DNA of 63,665 nt, counting the filler, from Reticulomyxa filosa (taxonomy: Eukaryota > Protista > Foraminifera): NCBI GenBank assembly GCA_000512085.1. It is 15 parts of 15 records of this genome, joined end to end, with 100 filler letters (N's around TTAATTAATTAA, not from the genome) between each part and the next. Parts side by side here need not be neighbours in the genome. Positions count along the whole stretch, not along the records: positions 10,292 to 18,912 come from ASPP01019011.1; positions 19,013 to 27,608 come from ASPP01007360.1; positions 27,709 to 32,193 come from ASPP01028083.1; 12 more parts are not named here. One strand, 5' to 3'. A program made the translations under genes and the position numbers. Below, in pieces: positions 13,994-27,753 of the stretch. The notes under the pieces are model-generated. The model was not told the DNA's origin, made no database searches, and saw only the letters and a program-made list of their open reading frames with translations. Numbering within the stretch: position 1 is the stretch's first letter; every line of letters begins with the position of its first letter.

Positions 13994-15271
13994 TTATTTC
14001 TTTCTACTATATTTGAATATAATTTGATCAAAATCATCAATCCATCCTAATTTAATCTTTAAATTTCGAATCCAATATTGAATAATAAATTTTTTTCATT
14101 TTTTGCCTGTTCATTATTTTTTTATTTGTTAATCAGTTTCATGTAATATATAAAATGTTATTACAAAAAATAAATAAATAAATAATTACCAATTGTGAAG
14201 CATCCCATACATGCACTTTTGTTTTCATGTGAATTGATACTATTGTCTTTTCGTCACTTTGTCCCCCAAGAATGTGTATATTAGTGTCATCTTCACTCAG
14301 TATTGCAACACAATTTTTCAATGGACTAGATAAAGTGCTCTGAAATGTAATCCATTTGCTTTCTTGAATCAAATATTTATGCACTAATCCTGAATAAACA
14401 TGATTCCCATAACCACCAAAGAATAAGACGATATCATTTATACACACATATGCGTAATAATTAAGTGATGCAATATCACCTCGAACAGATAGTTCATTAA
14501 ATTGAAAAACGTTTTTATCTTCATTGTATTCAATCGATAATCCTGTCTTTTTATAAAATAACAGCATTTCATAATTTTTTTTCTTTTTTCTTTATTTATT
14601 TTCATCATTTCTTGGCCATTTTCTAATCTTGATACAAAGCAATGATAAGATATTGAAGTAAATGATGAAATTGGTAAAGTATGATGTTTAATAAATTGAA
14701 ATGTATTTAAATCAAATACACTAATATTATTTCTCCAATAAGTGATAAATAACAAATTATTGCTGCCTCCACCAATCACTGCACGTACTCCATCATAATC
14801 ATCTTCATCTCTCCCAATGATAATTGGATGATTGTTATTATTTGTGAAAGGAACCCATTGATTGTAATTGTTTGATTTATTTAATTTATTCATTTCATTG
14901 TCATCACCCCAAATACTTACATATTTCATTATCAATGTGTGTTTCTCCATTCCACCGAAAGACAGCAAAGTGATTTGATTTCTGTCTTTATTATTATTTA
15001 CCAGTTTCACTACACAGTGTCCTTCTAAATAAACATCATTTGGATATTCACAGATAAATTTGTATTTGTTTTTGAGTGTATCATAAGAATAACAATCTCT
15101 TTGATCATAACCCCCACAAATGAGGATTTCATGTTTGTGTGGCACACATTGAGATCCTGTAAGCGAAGTGGGCAAATCCTTCAAAGCTTGAAAAGGAGTT
15201 AAAGTAATAATATGTTGACCTTGTTCAATTTGTTCAGCTTTTCTTGCAAAAGATTTAATTCGATTAGCCAT
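13994..15271 (-). CDS. Kelch-like propeller paralog with C-terminal module; two 1-nt frameshifts in A-runs (sequencing error or young pseudogene)
   Basis: ORFs 15271-14438 and 14567-14139 are consecutive halves of a paralog of 12056-13298. Intron 14189-14107; module exon 14106-13994. Shifts at ~14575 and ~14092. Confidence 0.8.
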
Positions 15272-15439
15272 GTTGTTAATGTTGCTGAATTTTTTTTAAG
15301 TAGTTAAACTTTTTTTAAAAAAGGGACGACAACAATTATTTTTAAAAAATTTCTTGTAATACAAAAAAACAGCCTTTTTTTTTGTTAATGAAACAATTTG
15401 AGTACACATTAATATCGCGTAATTTTTATTTGTTTATAG

Positions 15440-15660
15440 TCAAACAGAAACAATTGCAGTAAAGAATATCGAAATTGGTGGTAACTCAAATGTGATATGT
15501 TCCGATCAGAAGATAATACTATTCGATTTTGAGATATTCGAGCAGATAATTTTTTGTGATTAAAGGAGGACATAAAATAATGTGTCTTAAATTCTATAAT
15601 TAAAAAATGATAGAAAGGGAATTAATGATAGTGGATAAGATATTAATTGTGTTTTAGTTC
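15440..15660 (+). pseudogene. Decayed WD40 gene fragment
   Basis: AATATCGAAATTGGTGGTAACTCAAATGTGATATGTTC...GATAATACTATTCGATTTTGAGATATTCG is a degenerate copy of ~17000-17085 (NIEIGDNSNVICSGSWDNTIHFWD) with a stop and indels. Confidence 0.6.
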
Positions 15661-15877
15661 AAAGGCTCCACTTTATAAAATGAAACGATTTTCCTTCCCT
15701 AATTTATAGTTTTGTATTGATCTATTTTAAAAAAATAAAACGAATGAATTGCTAAGTCCAATCAAAGTATTTTTAACAAACCCTTTCATTGATCTTAAAA
15801 AAAAAAAGTTGAACAATTTTTTTCTTACATCATCTAATCTAATTCAATCTCAAAAAAAAAATTTAAAAGTGGAAACA

Positions 15878-17239
15878 ATGACCACTTCAACACAGCTTGA
15901 ATTGGTAACCTTTTTTAATCTTTAGCTTCATGTTTTACTGTATTGTTATCTGTGAGTTGTGTTTGCAATTGAATCAGTTAAAAGAAGAAGATGTTCAAAA
16001 AATTATTCAATATTGGATAAGAATATTAAAAATAAAATCAGGATGGATTCACGACTTTGATAAGACTGTTGTCAATTACGTTATGTTTTTGTATTTTTTA
16101 CAATGACAATCAAAATAATCTAAATTTATAATTATAACTACTATTCACAGATAATTACTTTCTTCATATTTGACGCGTTTCAGTCATCATCCAAATTACT
16201 CAAAACATTCACTGGGCATACCAACACTGTGTGGAGTATTGATTACGCGACGTTTGATGATGGTCAATTTATTTGTTCTGGATCATCAGATAATACAGTT
16301 TGTGTGTGGGATATAGAATCCAACAAACAAATTCGACAATTCAATGAATATTCAGGTGGTGTATATTGTGTGAAATTTTCACAATATCATTATCATAACA
16401 AGCATCGCAATGTCATTTGTTCTTCATCAGGCAATACTGTTTATTTTTGGGATATCAAAGATAGTCGACAATTACAAATATTTGATGAACATGCTGCCAA
16501 CATAATTGGAATTGAGTTCTCGTCATTTAATAGTGGTAGATATTTATGCTCTGGATCTAGTGACAATACAATTCGTTTATGGGATGTTGAAACATCCAAA
16601 TCATTACATGTGTTCAATGGACATGAAAGTGGTGTTTGGTGTGTGGATATTTCACCATTACAAAGTAATAACAACAATGATAATAATAAAAGTAATAGTA
16701 TTGGTTTGATTGGTGGTAATGGATATACTATTTGTTCTGGATCATGGGATAAAACCATTCGAATATGGGATATTGAAACAACCAAACAATTGGTCATTTT
16801 CAAAGGACATAAAGAAGCAGTGAGTAGCGTAAAATATGGACTAAATGAATTAGGAATTAATGGTGGTTCAAATACAATATTATCTGGATCAGATGATTGT
16901 AGTGTTTGTTTGTGGGATATTCGATCTGGTCAACAAATTCGAGTGTTCAGTGAGCATGAAAATATTATAAGCTGTGTTGAATATTCACCATTTGTAGTAA
17001 GTAATATTGAAATTGGTGACAATTCAAATGTAATATGTTCTGGATCATGGGACAATACAATTCATTTTTGGGATATGCGATCAACTAAAAATAAATTGCA
17101 TGTAATTAATGGAAATAAAGAAGATAAAGGAATAATATGTCTTAAATTTGTATCATTGAAAAAGAAAAACAACAAAGTAGCAAATGGTGCTAATTTATAT
17201 TACGGTTCAAAAAATGGTTATATTCGTATTTGGGGATGA
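15878..17239 (+). CDS. WD40-repeat protein with N-terminal 'GWIHDF' module
   Basis: Exons 15878-15904 (MTTSTQLEL), 15978-16079 (LKEEDVQKIIQYWIRILKIKSGWIHDFDKTVVNY) and 16151-17239 (about 7 GH...WD repeats). All introns GT-AG, phase 0. Confidence 0.9.
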
Positions 17240-17838
17240 AATCAAAGGAATTTGTAAACAATAAGGCTTGGTGTTTGTTTTGAATGAATTTGTTTTGTTT
17301 ACTATTTTCTAATTAATTTATGTTATAGATTGTAATATTGTTTGATTGATGACTCTTTTTTTTTGCGGTCGGTTGTATATTTTAAATTGCTTTGAAGAAA
17401 ATTTTATGTTTTTCAAATGTCAAAATAAAAACAAAATATTATTTTAATACATTTCAATTCATAAAATATCTTTTTGTCCAATTTCATGAAGATTTAAAAA
17501 AATCTATTCAAAAACTTGCCTCGAAATATCCTTTCATTTCTTATGAGTTTGCATTTTGACATATCCTAAAGAGAAATTTAAGATTTCACTGACTGTAAAC
17601 ATGTAATGTTCTCAATTTTGAATAAAGAAATCATATGTTGTTCAATATTAGATAGTAATTTACTTTGTTCTAGATCAGATGTTGCGTTCGTGTTTGGGAA
17701 TAAACATATGTTGTGATTTTAATTTGCTTTATAAGTTGGAGTGTTAGTTTGATAAGCATTTCTTTACTTTTAAAAAAATAAAATAGACAAGCATAATCTG
17801 CAAAAACATCAAAGTAGATTTACAAATTTCAAACTTGT

Positions 17839-18883
17839 TTATTCCCAAATTCGAATTGTACAGTCTCTAGAACCCGAAGCAATTGTATTACCATTTTGAG
17901 AAACATTTACACATATTACAGAGCTAGAATGTCCTTTCAATTTTTGTATTTTTTTCCCTGATTTTACATTCCACAATCGAATTGTGTTATCACTTGAACA
18001 CGATACAATTGTTTGGCCACCTGGAAAATATTGTACGTCATTCACAAAGTTTGAATGTCCTTTTAATGTTTTCCATTCTAGTCCTGTTTTAATGTTCCAT
18101 ATTCGAATTGTCTTATCTAATGAACAGGATACAATAAATTTGCCATCTGGAGAAAATTTTGCACGCATTACACTATCAAAATGTCCTTCCAATTGTTTCA
18201 ATATTTCACCAGATTCCACATTCCACAAACAAATTGTTTTATCATTTGATGATGATACAATCATTTTACCATCTGGTGAAAATTGTGAACTCAATACACC
18301 TTTTGAATGTCCTAATAATTGTTTTATTTCAATTCCAGATTGTACATCCCATAATTGTATTGTTTTATCTAGAAAACCTGACACAATATATTTTCCATCT
18401 GGAGAAAAATCTACATCCCATATCCTATTGGAATATCTTTCAAATTTCATTATTTCAGTTTCTGTATTAATATCCCAAAATCGAATTGTCCCATCGCCTG
18501 AACATGAAACAACAGTATTTTCATCTGGTGAAAATGTTGCAACAAAAACTTTGTCAGTATGTCCTATAAAACTATGAAGCTGTTTTCCCGATGTAACATC
18601 CCATATTCGAACAGTATTGTCATATGATGCCGAAACAATCTTGCGACCATCTGCAGAAAATCTTATGCTACTCACGGTACTATCATGTCCATATAAAATC
18701 ATTGATAATTCAAAATCTCTTACCTGTTTGAAAATGTAAATTATATCATAAAAATCATTTATGTTTAAAAAAGCACCACTTAACATGTTTCATAATAATT
18801 TTATTAAAATCATCAATCCATCCTAATTTTATTTTTAAAATTCGAATCCAGTGTTGAACAACAAGTTTTATTTCTTTTTTTGG
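17839..18883 (-). CDS. 7-bladed WD40 protein with highly regular repeats, preceded by the module exon; 5'-truncated
   Basis: Exon 18883-18785 is PKKEIKLVVQHWIRILKIKLGWIDDFNKIIMKH. Intron 18784-18724. Exon 18723-17839 has seven 42-aa GH..V....FSPDGK.IVS.S.D.TIR.W units. Confidence 0.9.
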
Positions 18884-19361
18884 CTGTTGATTGTTTCATA
18901 TAATAAAATATANNNNNNNNNNNNNNNNNNNNNNNNNNNNNNNNNNNNNNNNNNNNTTAATTAATTAANNNNNNNNNNNNNNNNNNNNNNNNNNNNNNNN
19001 NNNNNNNNNNNNAAAAAAAAAAAAGGTGTTGTGGAATTTTTGTTAATTTTTCAATTAACGGACTTGTTTCAAGAATGATGTACTTTGGGATGAGTTCATC
19101 CTTAAATCTCTCAAAACTTGTTAAGGGATCGTCACCCTTCAAAAAAAAAAAGATCATTATTTAACTTCTTACACAGTTTGCTTTGCACCTCGCGTATTAT
19201 TCTAGTGCCAAAGACTCAATACTGGACTTGTATTTTTTTGAAAGTATAGGCACAGGGAGGAAAAAAATACTTTTGTTCCCCTCTTTTTCTTCTTGGCGGG
19301 AAAAAAAAAAATCCCTTAGATTCAGTCGGACGCAAAATTTCTTTGAAAAGGTATTCTCGAA

Positions 19362-22164
19362 ATGAGCGACGATAAGAAAAAAAAAGCAAAAGAAGGAGAA
19401 AATGTGAAAATCTATGCTCGTGTGCGCCAGCTGATGCCATGGGAGCCTAGAAAAGTTAGTCTTCAGATCAAAGGCAACAAAATCAGGAACCACACGAACA
19501 AAACAACAAACGAATACTCGTTTCAAAATGTCTTTCCTATTGAATGGACAAATGAGGATATGTTCAAAGTCATGGTAGAGCCAATGATTGACAATGTATT
19601 GAAAGGATTCAACGCAATTTTGATTGCCTACGGACAAACAGGTTTTATTTTCTTTCTTTCAAAAAAAAAAAAAGAAAGAATTTTTTTTTTTGAAACTAGA
19701 TAAAGTCCAATGAATAAATAAAAAAATGTAAACAACGAACAGGGAGTGGCAAGACATTTTCGATGTTAGGAAAGCCTCATTTGAACGTAGTTGGTTTGCT
19801 GCCTTACATGTTAAAAAGAGTAGTGGAATCGCCGGGGGTGACTAGTGTCGATTTGACAGCAGTGGAAGCGTTTGGACATCACGTCGCTCGTATTGAACTG
19901 TTTGACTTATTTGACCCGGACAACCAAACCCCTAACTGGGCCGAAAAAAAGGGAAACACCGGTTTGGAACCCGAGAAAGCGACCAGCGTTCCTATCAAAG
20001 ATATGGATGACGCTTATAAAAAAATTGAAGTTTGGCCCCTTTTTTATTTATTTATTTTTATTCAAAAAAAAAATTTAATACGTAAACATGTTACAAATTG
20101 GTAAATTGTTCATTGTTTGCGAGAAGGGGGGGGGGGACACGGATCAATGACGATAAGAATTTGGAATGTTAATAATATATAATAGTACGCTCATCGTGGA
20201 TCACATTTTGCCCCGACAGGTAAAAATCCAGAATCGTCACGAGGTCATGTGACATTCATTGCATCGATAACGCAACAAAGCAACGATCACACCGAATTGA
20301 CAAGCTATTTTGCAATGGTTGACTGTGCCGGTAGTGAGGGTGAAAGTGCTTTCACTCCTGACTTTATTGCTGCTGTTGACAAAACGACCTTAATGGCCAG
20401 GCGATTGGAAGCTGGTTGTATCAACACCGGTTTGTCGCAATTGCAAATCGTTTTCAATGAGTTGCGTGTCAAAGGTAAACATTTTTTTCTTTCTTTTTAA
20501 AATAATTCAACCTTTTTTTTTTTTTTCAAAAAACAAAAAAAAAAAATTCCTTTTCTATTTTTCTTTTTAAATTTGTAAAAAAAAAAAATTTTGCAATCAA
20601 AACAACTTTTCTTATAACACACATCAATTTTTATGTATACGTTGATGAAGAGGGGGAAAAAAAGGGGGAGGAAGAAAAAATGTGTAGCGGCGGAAAGAAA
20701 TAATAATTGTAAAAAAACTACATATAACGTACTAAATCAAGCTAAAAGATGAAACACTTGTGTTCATAGGCCAATTGTCAGAAATGAGGGGTAATGGATT
20801 GCGACGAGTGTTGCATCCGTACATTAACACTCGAACGTATTTGTCAGTATTGTTTACGTTTTCTCCTTCGATCAACAATTCCAAAGCAACGGAATCTACA
20901 TTGAAGTTTGCCGTGACTGCAGGCATGGTGAAGGTGCAACCAGTCAAAGTGGAGCTTTCCGTCAATATGGAACAGTTGGTGCAACAACTGCGACGACATA
21001 TTGAAGAAAATGTTTTGTAATCTTTGCTTTGTGTCTTTTCTGACTTTGTTACAGTAAGAGAAGGAGAATCTTTTTACGCCTCGATCTCACTTATGTATTT
21101 TATAATATTTTTGTATATGAATGTATATGATATATTCTAATATGTATTCGTTATCAAATTAAAGTTGACGGAAGAGAGTTTTTTTTTTTTTTTCGCCGTT
21201 TTCAAATATAAAAAAATGGCGTATGTTTAATCGACTAACAAATATCATAAACTGCTTATATTTGGTGTGTATTGTTGCCAGGATAAATTAATCGAAGAAC
21301 AAAATGACAAAATTATGAATTTACGGGCCGACTTGGAAAAATTGTTGCAAGATGCGATGACGGCGGGAGATTTGCCCGAAGACTTTGTCTTGGAAACAGA
21401 AGCAGAATTAGAAAGTGCCGAAATAGTTGAGGATGACGCTGAGCAAGGCGTACATCGCGTGTATTCGTCAACATTAGCAAAAGAAATGACCAAGCGTCAA
21501 GAAAAAACACACTCCACCTTGCCAACCAAGTTATTGTCACAATTGAAAGAATTGGACGAGGACGAAGAAGAGGAAGAGATTACATTTGATGAGAAAATGT
21601 ACGTGTTTGAAGGAGAATCAGGAAAGCTTTCACAAAAAGATGTGGAAAAAGAAATGCAAGCTGCATTGGACCGAATGCAAAAAACCAACCGAGGAGACGA
21701 AATGATCAAAAAGGCAGTTAGCGTGGATCAAAATAAATCCAATGTCGACAAAACGAAAGACGCAATGCAACAATTGGCGGGCACTTTGGCTGCCGCGACA
21801 TTTGATCCTTCGGCTGCTACAGGTTTAGTCATTGTTCAATGTTTATTTTTTTTCCCTCCTTCTTCTCTCTCTTCTTTCCAAAAAGACATGCTTTGGCTGG
21901 TTGTTATCATCGCGAATAGACCCAGAAGAAGAACCTGCCGTTTTTGACACCGTCGCTGTCAACATGGATTTTTCACGAATGAACAAGCAAGAACTGAAAG
22001 ATGTTTGTGTGGACACATTCGACAAAATAGAAAAAAATAGAGAAGAGCAAACGAAATTGCAAAAGAAACAACAAGCTGTTGTGGGTCACTTAGTTGAAAC
22101 AAATGAATGGCTCTTCAACACTTTGAGTGAAATTTTGAATGACAAAGACGAAAAAAAGAGCTAA
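19362..22164 (+). CDS. Divergent N-terminal kinesin motor protein with coiled-coil stalk and tail
   Basis: VKIYARVR; P-loop AYGQT|GSGKTFSM across intron 19642-19742; switch I NPESSRGH; switch II VDCAGSE; TESTLKFA. About 6 exons. Confidence 0.92.
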
Positions 22165-23099
22165 TCTCACACAATTTTCCGCGTCTCAGTTTTAATGTAC
22201 AGTTGGAAATGTTTTTTTTTTCACATTATTATTTCCTTTTTTTTTGAGAGCATCAACTCAATCATATATGAAGCATTACTCCAAAATTATAAGTTCATCA
22301 CGCAAAGAGCGATCAAAAGGATTCTTGCACGTTTTTTAAAGTTCTAAAAAAACTTTACTTATATAATTTGTAATATGACTTATTTTTTGGGATGGCAGAG
22401 CATGTAAATGTAAGAAATTATCAGGGACGAGTTTTGGAGTAATCAAATTGCTCGTCTTATAGTTTTACTTCGATATTTTATTTCAAGACTTTTGGCAGTT
22501 ACCTTGCAACAAAAATTTTAGTTTGACTCTACCATATATTTATTTTTTCGCACAAACTTGTTATTTTCTTTTTCTTGATCGTTTTGACCATGGAAATGCA
22601 TTTTGCGGTATGCTGCCCTGGGTAAAATGAATTAAAAAAATTGGCATCAATATTTCGAAAAAACGATAATAAACGTCCAAAATCTACATTATCATTGAAC
22701 AATATATTCATACAAAAAACACGAAAGTGGTTATGTGCCAGACAAATACAGAGGTCGCAGAAAAAACTGAAAGTCAAAAGTGGCATATTAAAAAAATGAT
22801 TAATTTTCTCTGAAAGACAGTGTTTAAATTTAATTTACATTTAAATCTAGTTATTGATTATCAATCCGTGCAACAAAAAAAGCAAACGTTTTTAAAATGC
22901 AAAAAAATATCAAACAATTATAAAATTTATAAAATTAAAAATGTTATACCAAAAAGTAAAAATGCATTATACAAAAAAAAATATTAATCTTATAAAACAA
23001 AAGTCTAGCATTTAAATACAAATACTGTCAAAAATTAAACAGCGCTTTGAGTATGATAATTTACTTTGAAATTTGCATTGAATGTCGCAATAATAGCAT

Positions 23100-23910
23100 T
23101 ACCTCTTTGCTCAAATTAATTGATACAACATGTTATTGTTTTAAATTGGACAATGACACTATAGCAACTAGGATGGACGCGGAATTGGGGGCAGCGATTG
23201 TAATATCGTTATAGTATGAAGCGAAATATAGTAATCTAATCCGGCAAAGGTGAGTTTGATTGCATCGCAAGCAAAACGGAGCTCCAGCCAAGGGGTCCCC
23301 TTGATTAACACTAGTTTTTGAATTCACGATTGTTCTATCTGTGATATAAAGTTGGCATATTTGGAGTAACAGCACCGGACATAGTGATATAAATGTAGTA
23401 GCTTGATGAGGATTAGCTCCAACATCTTGTAGAAAGTCATAATATTGAAAGCGTTCTTTGTGTCGATCTTTACGGCAACGGCGCATGTGCTAGCATTTAA
23501 ATATGTGACAATTACTTTGAACACATATGCGAAAGTATCGATACTGTTCGTGTTTGTTCACAATTGGTTGATGCATACATTCTCTTTGCTGGAGTCCGCG
23601 CTCATCTTCACCAAAATGGCAGCGGCGGACCTTCGAAATAATGAACAGATTGCGATGTGTCTGGGCGTTCCATCAGGCTTGGCAATCGCGATAAGACTGC
23701 CCCACAAGTTATCAAATGGTCTTCATATACCACATTGCCATCCATTATCAAATGTGCGACCTTGCCCCACTGCGTAATCACTTGGGTCTACGCTTCAAAT
23801 GGCAATAAATCGATAAGGTGTTTAGATGCAAAGATGTCGTTACCCCGATGAAAGTCTTTTGATATTGTTGATATATTGAGCTAGCTCTTCAAATGTTAAA
23901 GCTGTTGTCT
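23100..23910 (-). mobile_element. Decayed non-LTR retrotransposon reverse transcriptase, CRE/SLACS-like; element remains may extend to ~25700
   Basis: Minus strand, across frameshifts: GSLIAIAKPDGTPRHIAICSLFRR, AVKIDTKNAFN, VNQGDPLAGAPFCL and ASYYNDITI. These are RT motifs in order, with the YxDD catalytic motif lost. Confidence 0.78.
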
Positions 23911-26178
23911 TTGGAATTATATTTAATGTCATATCATTGTCATGTGTCGTTGAATAATATGGTCTGATGGATCTTCGTGCAGGTGTTTCACTTGGATAAC
24001 TTTTTTGGTCTACTCTGAGTATAGACTGATTGGCTTGGAGATAAGGTGTTAAATGTGCCAGAAAGATTCCTATTACAAGAGCTAAGACATCTTTTGTTGT
24101 TGGATGAGGTGCTTTTCAGTACTTGTTTATATTTGTTCTTGATTTCGCTTATTTGGTTTGATTATATCACAAATTCATCACATAGTTGTTTGTAAAAATG
24201 CTCAATCTACAACTTGAGTTTTTGAGTTATCGTGTTATTGACTGCTTTTGTGTGTTATTTTACTACATTACAGGATGCCATAAGACAACTAGTACAAATA
24301 TTGTTAATTTGATCTATACGTCATTGTTGTTGTCATTTGCGATGTCTATACTGCATGAATCAAGTTGACTGTCTTATGAGTTTGTTTTTTGATATGATTT
24401 TGGAGACGACTGGTTTGCATTAGGTTTATTTGTTTTTTTTTGCTGCATTTTCAATTGTAGGCTTCTCCGGACCTCGATATGCTGCGTTGTACTTGGTTGC
24501 GTTATGTCAGAACATTGAATGCATGAGTGTTGTGATATTTGATTGTCGATGACTGTCAGTCTTGCCTCTTGATGGATTGGAATGTGTTTGATGTTTTGTT
24601 TTTTTGCTTGTTGTCGCTGCCTTATTGAAGGCAGTTTCGTATGTCAATGTTTTCTAGTGATTGTTCGACCCATTGTTGCTGCTCTTTCGTGTCTTGCTGT
24701 TCTGCTATACGGACAGTCAATGCTTATTGTCCTTTGCATTGTTTTTGCAAACTTGTTTGGCAATCACTTCGCTGTTGTGTGTTCCGCTGCTCATTGCTTT
24801 GGTGGTGTATATTTTGTTGTTCTTTGTTATGCTGCTCAGACTAGGCTGTTGTGCTTTATGTTAGCCGACATTATGTTGATTTGTATTTGCTAATACAACA
24901 GTTTAATACAATATTTGTTTATTTATGTTCGATATAATTGGCATTGTTGGTGATTACTTGGGGAGATGTGTCAATGATAATAAAGATAGATCCCATTTGG
25001 CTGGTTCGCTTTGCATTTATATAAATTCTATCTCTTGCATGTGATTGCAACTGATTTGCCACAAACGTGGCAAACAATACATTTGTATTGACAGAAATAA
25101 TCTGATGGAACTGCATCAGATGATAGATTGTACATGTTTATATCAATATGTGTAAGATGTCGTGTTTGTTTTCAAAATGGCATTACATTTTGGGACCTGT
25201 CATTGTATTTGGTCTTTCAAATTTGTACATGATATCGAACGGAGACTTGATTAAATCATCATCGTAATTATCGATTGAAATGAGATATCGTGTTCATCTA
25301 GTTCATGTTGTTCGGTCCATTTTTAATAATTGGTTTTGTGGAAGTGAGTTTTTGTCAACTGGTAAGTTTACGTATATATGTTTGTGTCAATGTGTAATTG
25401 CAACTAGTTGTATGTTCGGTGTGATAAGTTGATTAGATTTGGTTGTTTGCAACAATTTAGTAGAATTGATTTGTTGTGGAGACTTTGTGATTATCTTTTT
25501 GGTTATGTTCTTTTTGACATTTATAGTGTAGATTGACATATGTTCTTTTTGTTATCGTTGATTGAAGAAATATCAACTTTGCAATGTCGGCAAATGCGAG
25601 TGTATTATCAGTTAGTGTGGCATCTTGAGCACTTTGGGATATGATTAACATTTCTTCTTGTTGTGTAATGTATTATTGGCATCGGCAACATCAATAAATG
25701 GATGCAATTTGTTGCTGGACAAAACTCGACAGCCTTGTACGCCGTTTTGTTAACAACACAAGAAAAAAATGTTTTATTTTGCTCAGCTTGAAAAACAATA
25801 ATTCGCAATTTATATACATATATGCAAAAATCTCCAAGAGGAAATTCCAGATAAGTAAGCCTTTCGAAATATATGAAAACTTTAATATTTTGCATACAAG
25901 TATAAACAATGTTATTACCAAAAAAAAGAAAGGCGTTCCATTCATAGAAAAGATTGGAATTAAGTGTGTCAAACAGGATAAATTCAAGGTGGCCAAAAAT
26001 TTGTCCAAAAAAGTTCATTTGCAAGAGTACATTTTTTTTTATCTTTATTTTTTTTTCTAGAGTGGTGAATATTTGGCCAGATTCGACTAACTTTGGCCTA
26101 ATTTTTTATTTATTTGTATTTTTATTTTTTCATTTTGTTTGCTTGTGATTGGGCGTGAACACAAAAACCGGTTGCAAG

Positions 26179-26484
26179 ATGGAGCGTTTGGAAACGGATG
26201 AATTGATTAAACATACAAACGAGACATTGTGTGATCTGAAGTTGAAGTGGACCGAATTAAGTCGTGCTCATTCAGATACAAAAGATTCGAGAAAGAAGCA
26301 AAAGCACGAAGAGGAAAGTATGATATTCGAATTGCTCGAGACAATTGAAAAGCTCAAGCATCACGTGAAAGTGCAGCAATTGGTACTGTTTATGTGTTGT
26401 CTGCGATAATGTGTACGTATATGGTTGTATGTGCACTTTTTATCCAAACATTTTTGGAAAATAGCAAGGGAAAAAAAAAAAAGG

Positions 26485-26528
<44 letters not shown>

Positions 26529-27453
26529 AATTGATCGTCAAAATGAACAAATAAGAAATACGAAACCCATCACAAAAGCAACAAACGAAGAAAGAAGAGA
26601 CGACACGATAGACATAATTGAAACAAAAGACGGAAAACAATTTTTGAATTTGAAATACTTCCAAATGAAGCATTTGCTACAATCTGAAATCAGTCATCGA
26701 ACCAAAAATCAAGTAATAGACTATTCGTTTTGTATCCACCTATGTGGAAGGGTTTATATCACATTATACCTGTGCTTTATATATGCATATGTATATATAT
26801 GAATATATGTGTATTCAAATATAATAATATGCATCAACAAAACAAAAAATGCGCGTGCTTAACAACGCGACAGCTCTTCTTTTGCAATGTTTTTGCAATA
26901 TAAACATATACATATATGTATATGTATGTGCATATAAATATATATACATATATGTATATATATATATTATGTGTGATTTGGACAAAATACACAAAGTTAT
27001 TTTCCGGGTCACAATTTCCAGTTTTGATTAAAAAAATCCCGCAGCTGCAATCTGTCGAGCAAAGACTTAAAGAACGTTCCTCTTCTTCTTGTCTTTATTC
27101 TCCTGGAGATATGCCTTCTTATGTTAATGAGACTTATTTTGTTTATTTGCTTACTTGCTTACTTGCTGTGTGTGTGTTTTTTTTTTTTCCCAAACACCAA
27201 AACAATGCAAAAGAATTTATTTTTTTTTTTTTTTTAGGAAAAATAAAAAAAGAAGGAGGGAGTGCAAGGAAGTTCAAAAAATCAAACTAATTTTTTGCAA
27301 TGTTAAAAAAAAAATAGGCAGCGGAATGTCCATCAATGGAAGTAGAAGTGTCCCAAAAAGTATGCACAGGCAAGTATCCGCACTTTGTACGAGTAATTGA
27401 AATAATTGCGGATTCGTACAATTATTGGATTGTGTCTCCTTTTGAATCAGGAG
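26179..27453 (+). CDS. Multi-exon coiled-coil protein whose last visible exon resembles a kinase N-lobe/hinge; 3'-truncated
   Basis: Exon-like blocks MERLETDELIK...VQQL, TIDRQNEQ...KNQ, LQSVEQRLKE... and PHFVRVIEIIADSYNYWIVSPFESGG (compare HPNIVKL.E...YLVME...GG), separated by microsatellite introns. Confidence 0.4.
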
Positions 27454-27488
27454 GTGTGTATTATATTACATTATATAATACATATATA

Positions 27489-27523
<35 letters not shown>

Positions 27524-27753
27524 ATAATGTAATGGAAAAAAAAAAAAAAACTAGGAAAAAATAAAAATAAGGAGATTTGTTTAATTGGATCAAAAGGTCA
27601 CTAAATAANNNNNNNNNNNNNNNNNNNNNNNNNNNNNNNNNNNNNNNNNNNNTTAATTAATTAANNNNNNNNNNNNNNNNNNNNNNNNNNNNNNNNNNNN
27701 NNNNNNNNTTTGTATATACATATATATATATATATATATATGTATATACAAAG

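Noticed and set aside
24582-24893. Cys-rich hydrophobic plus-strand ORFs
   Set aside because: Reverse complement of A/C-rich decayed sequence next to the retroelement; no motif or splice support.
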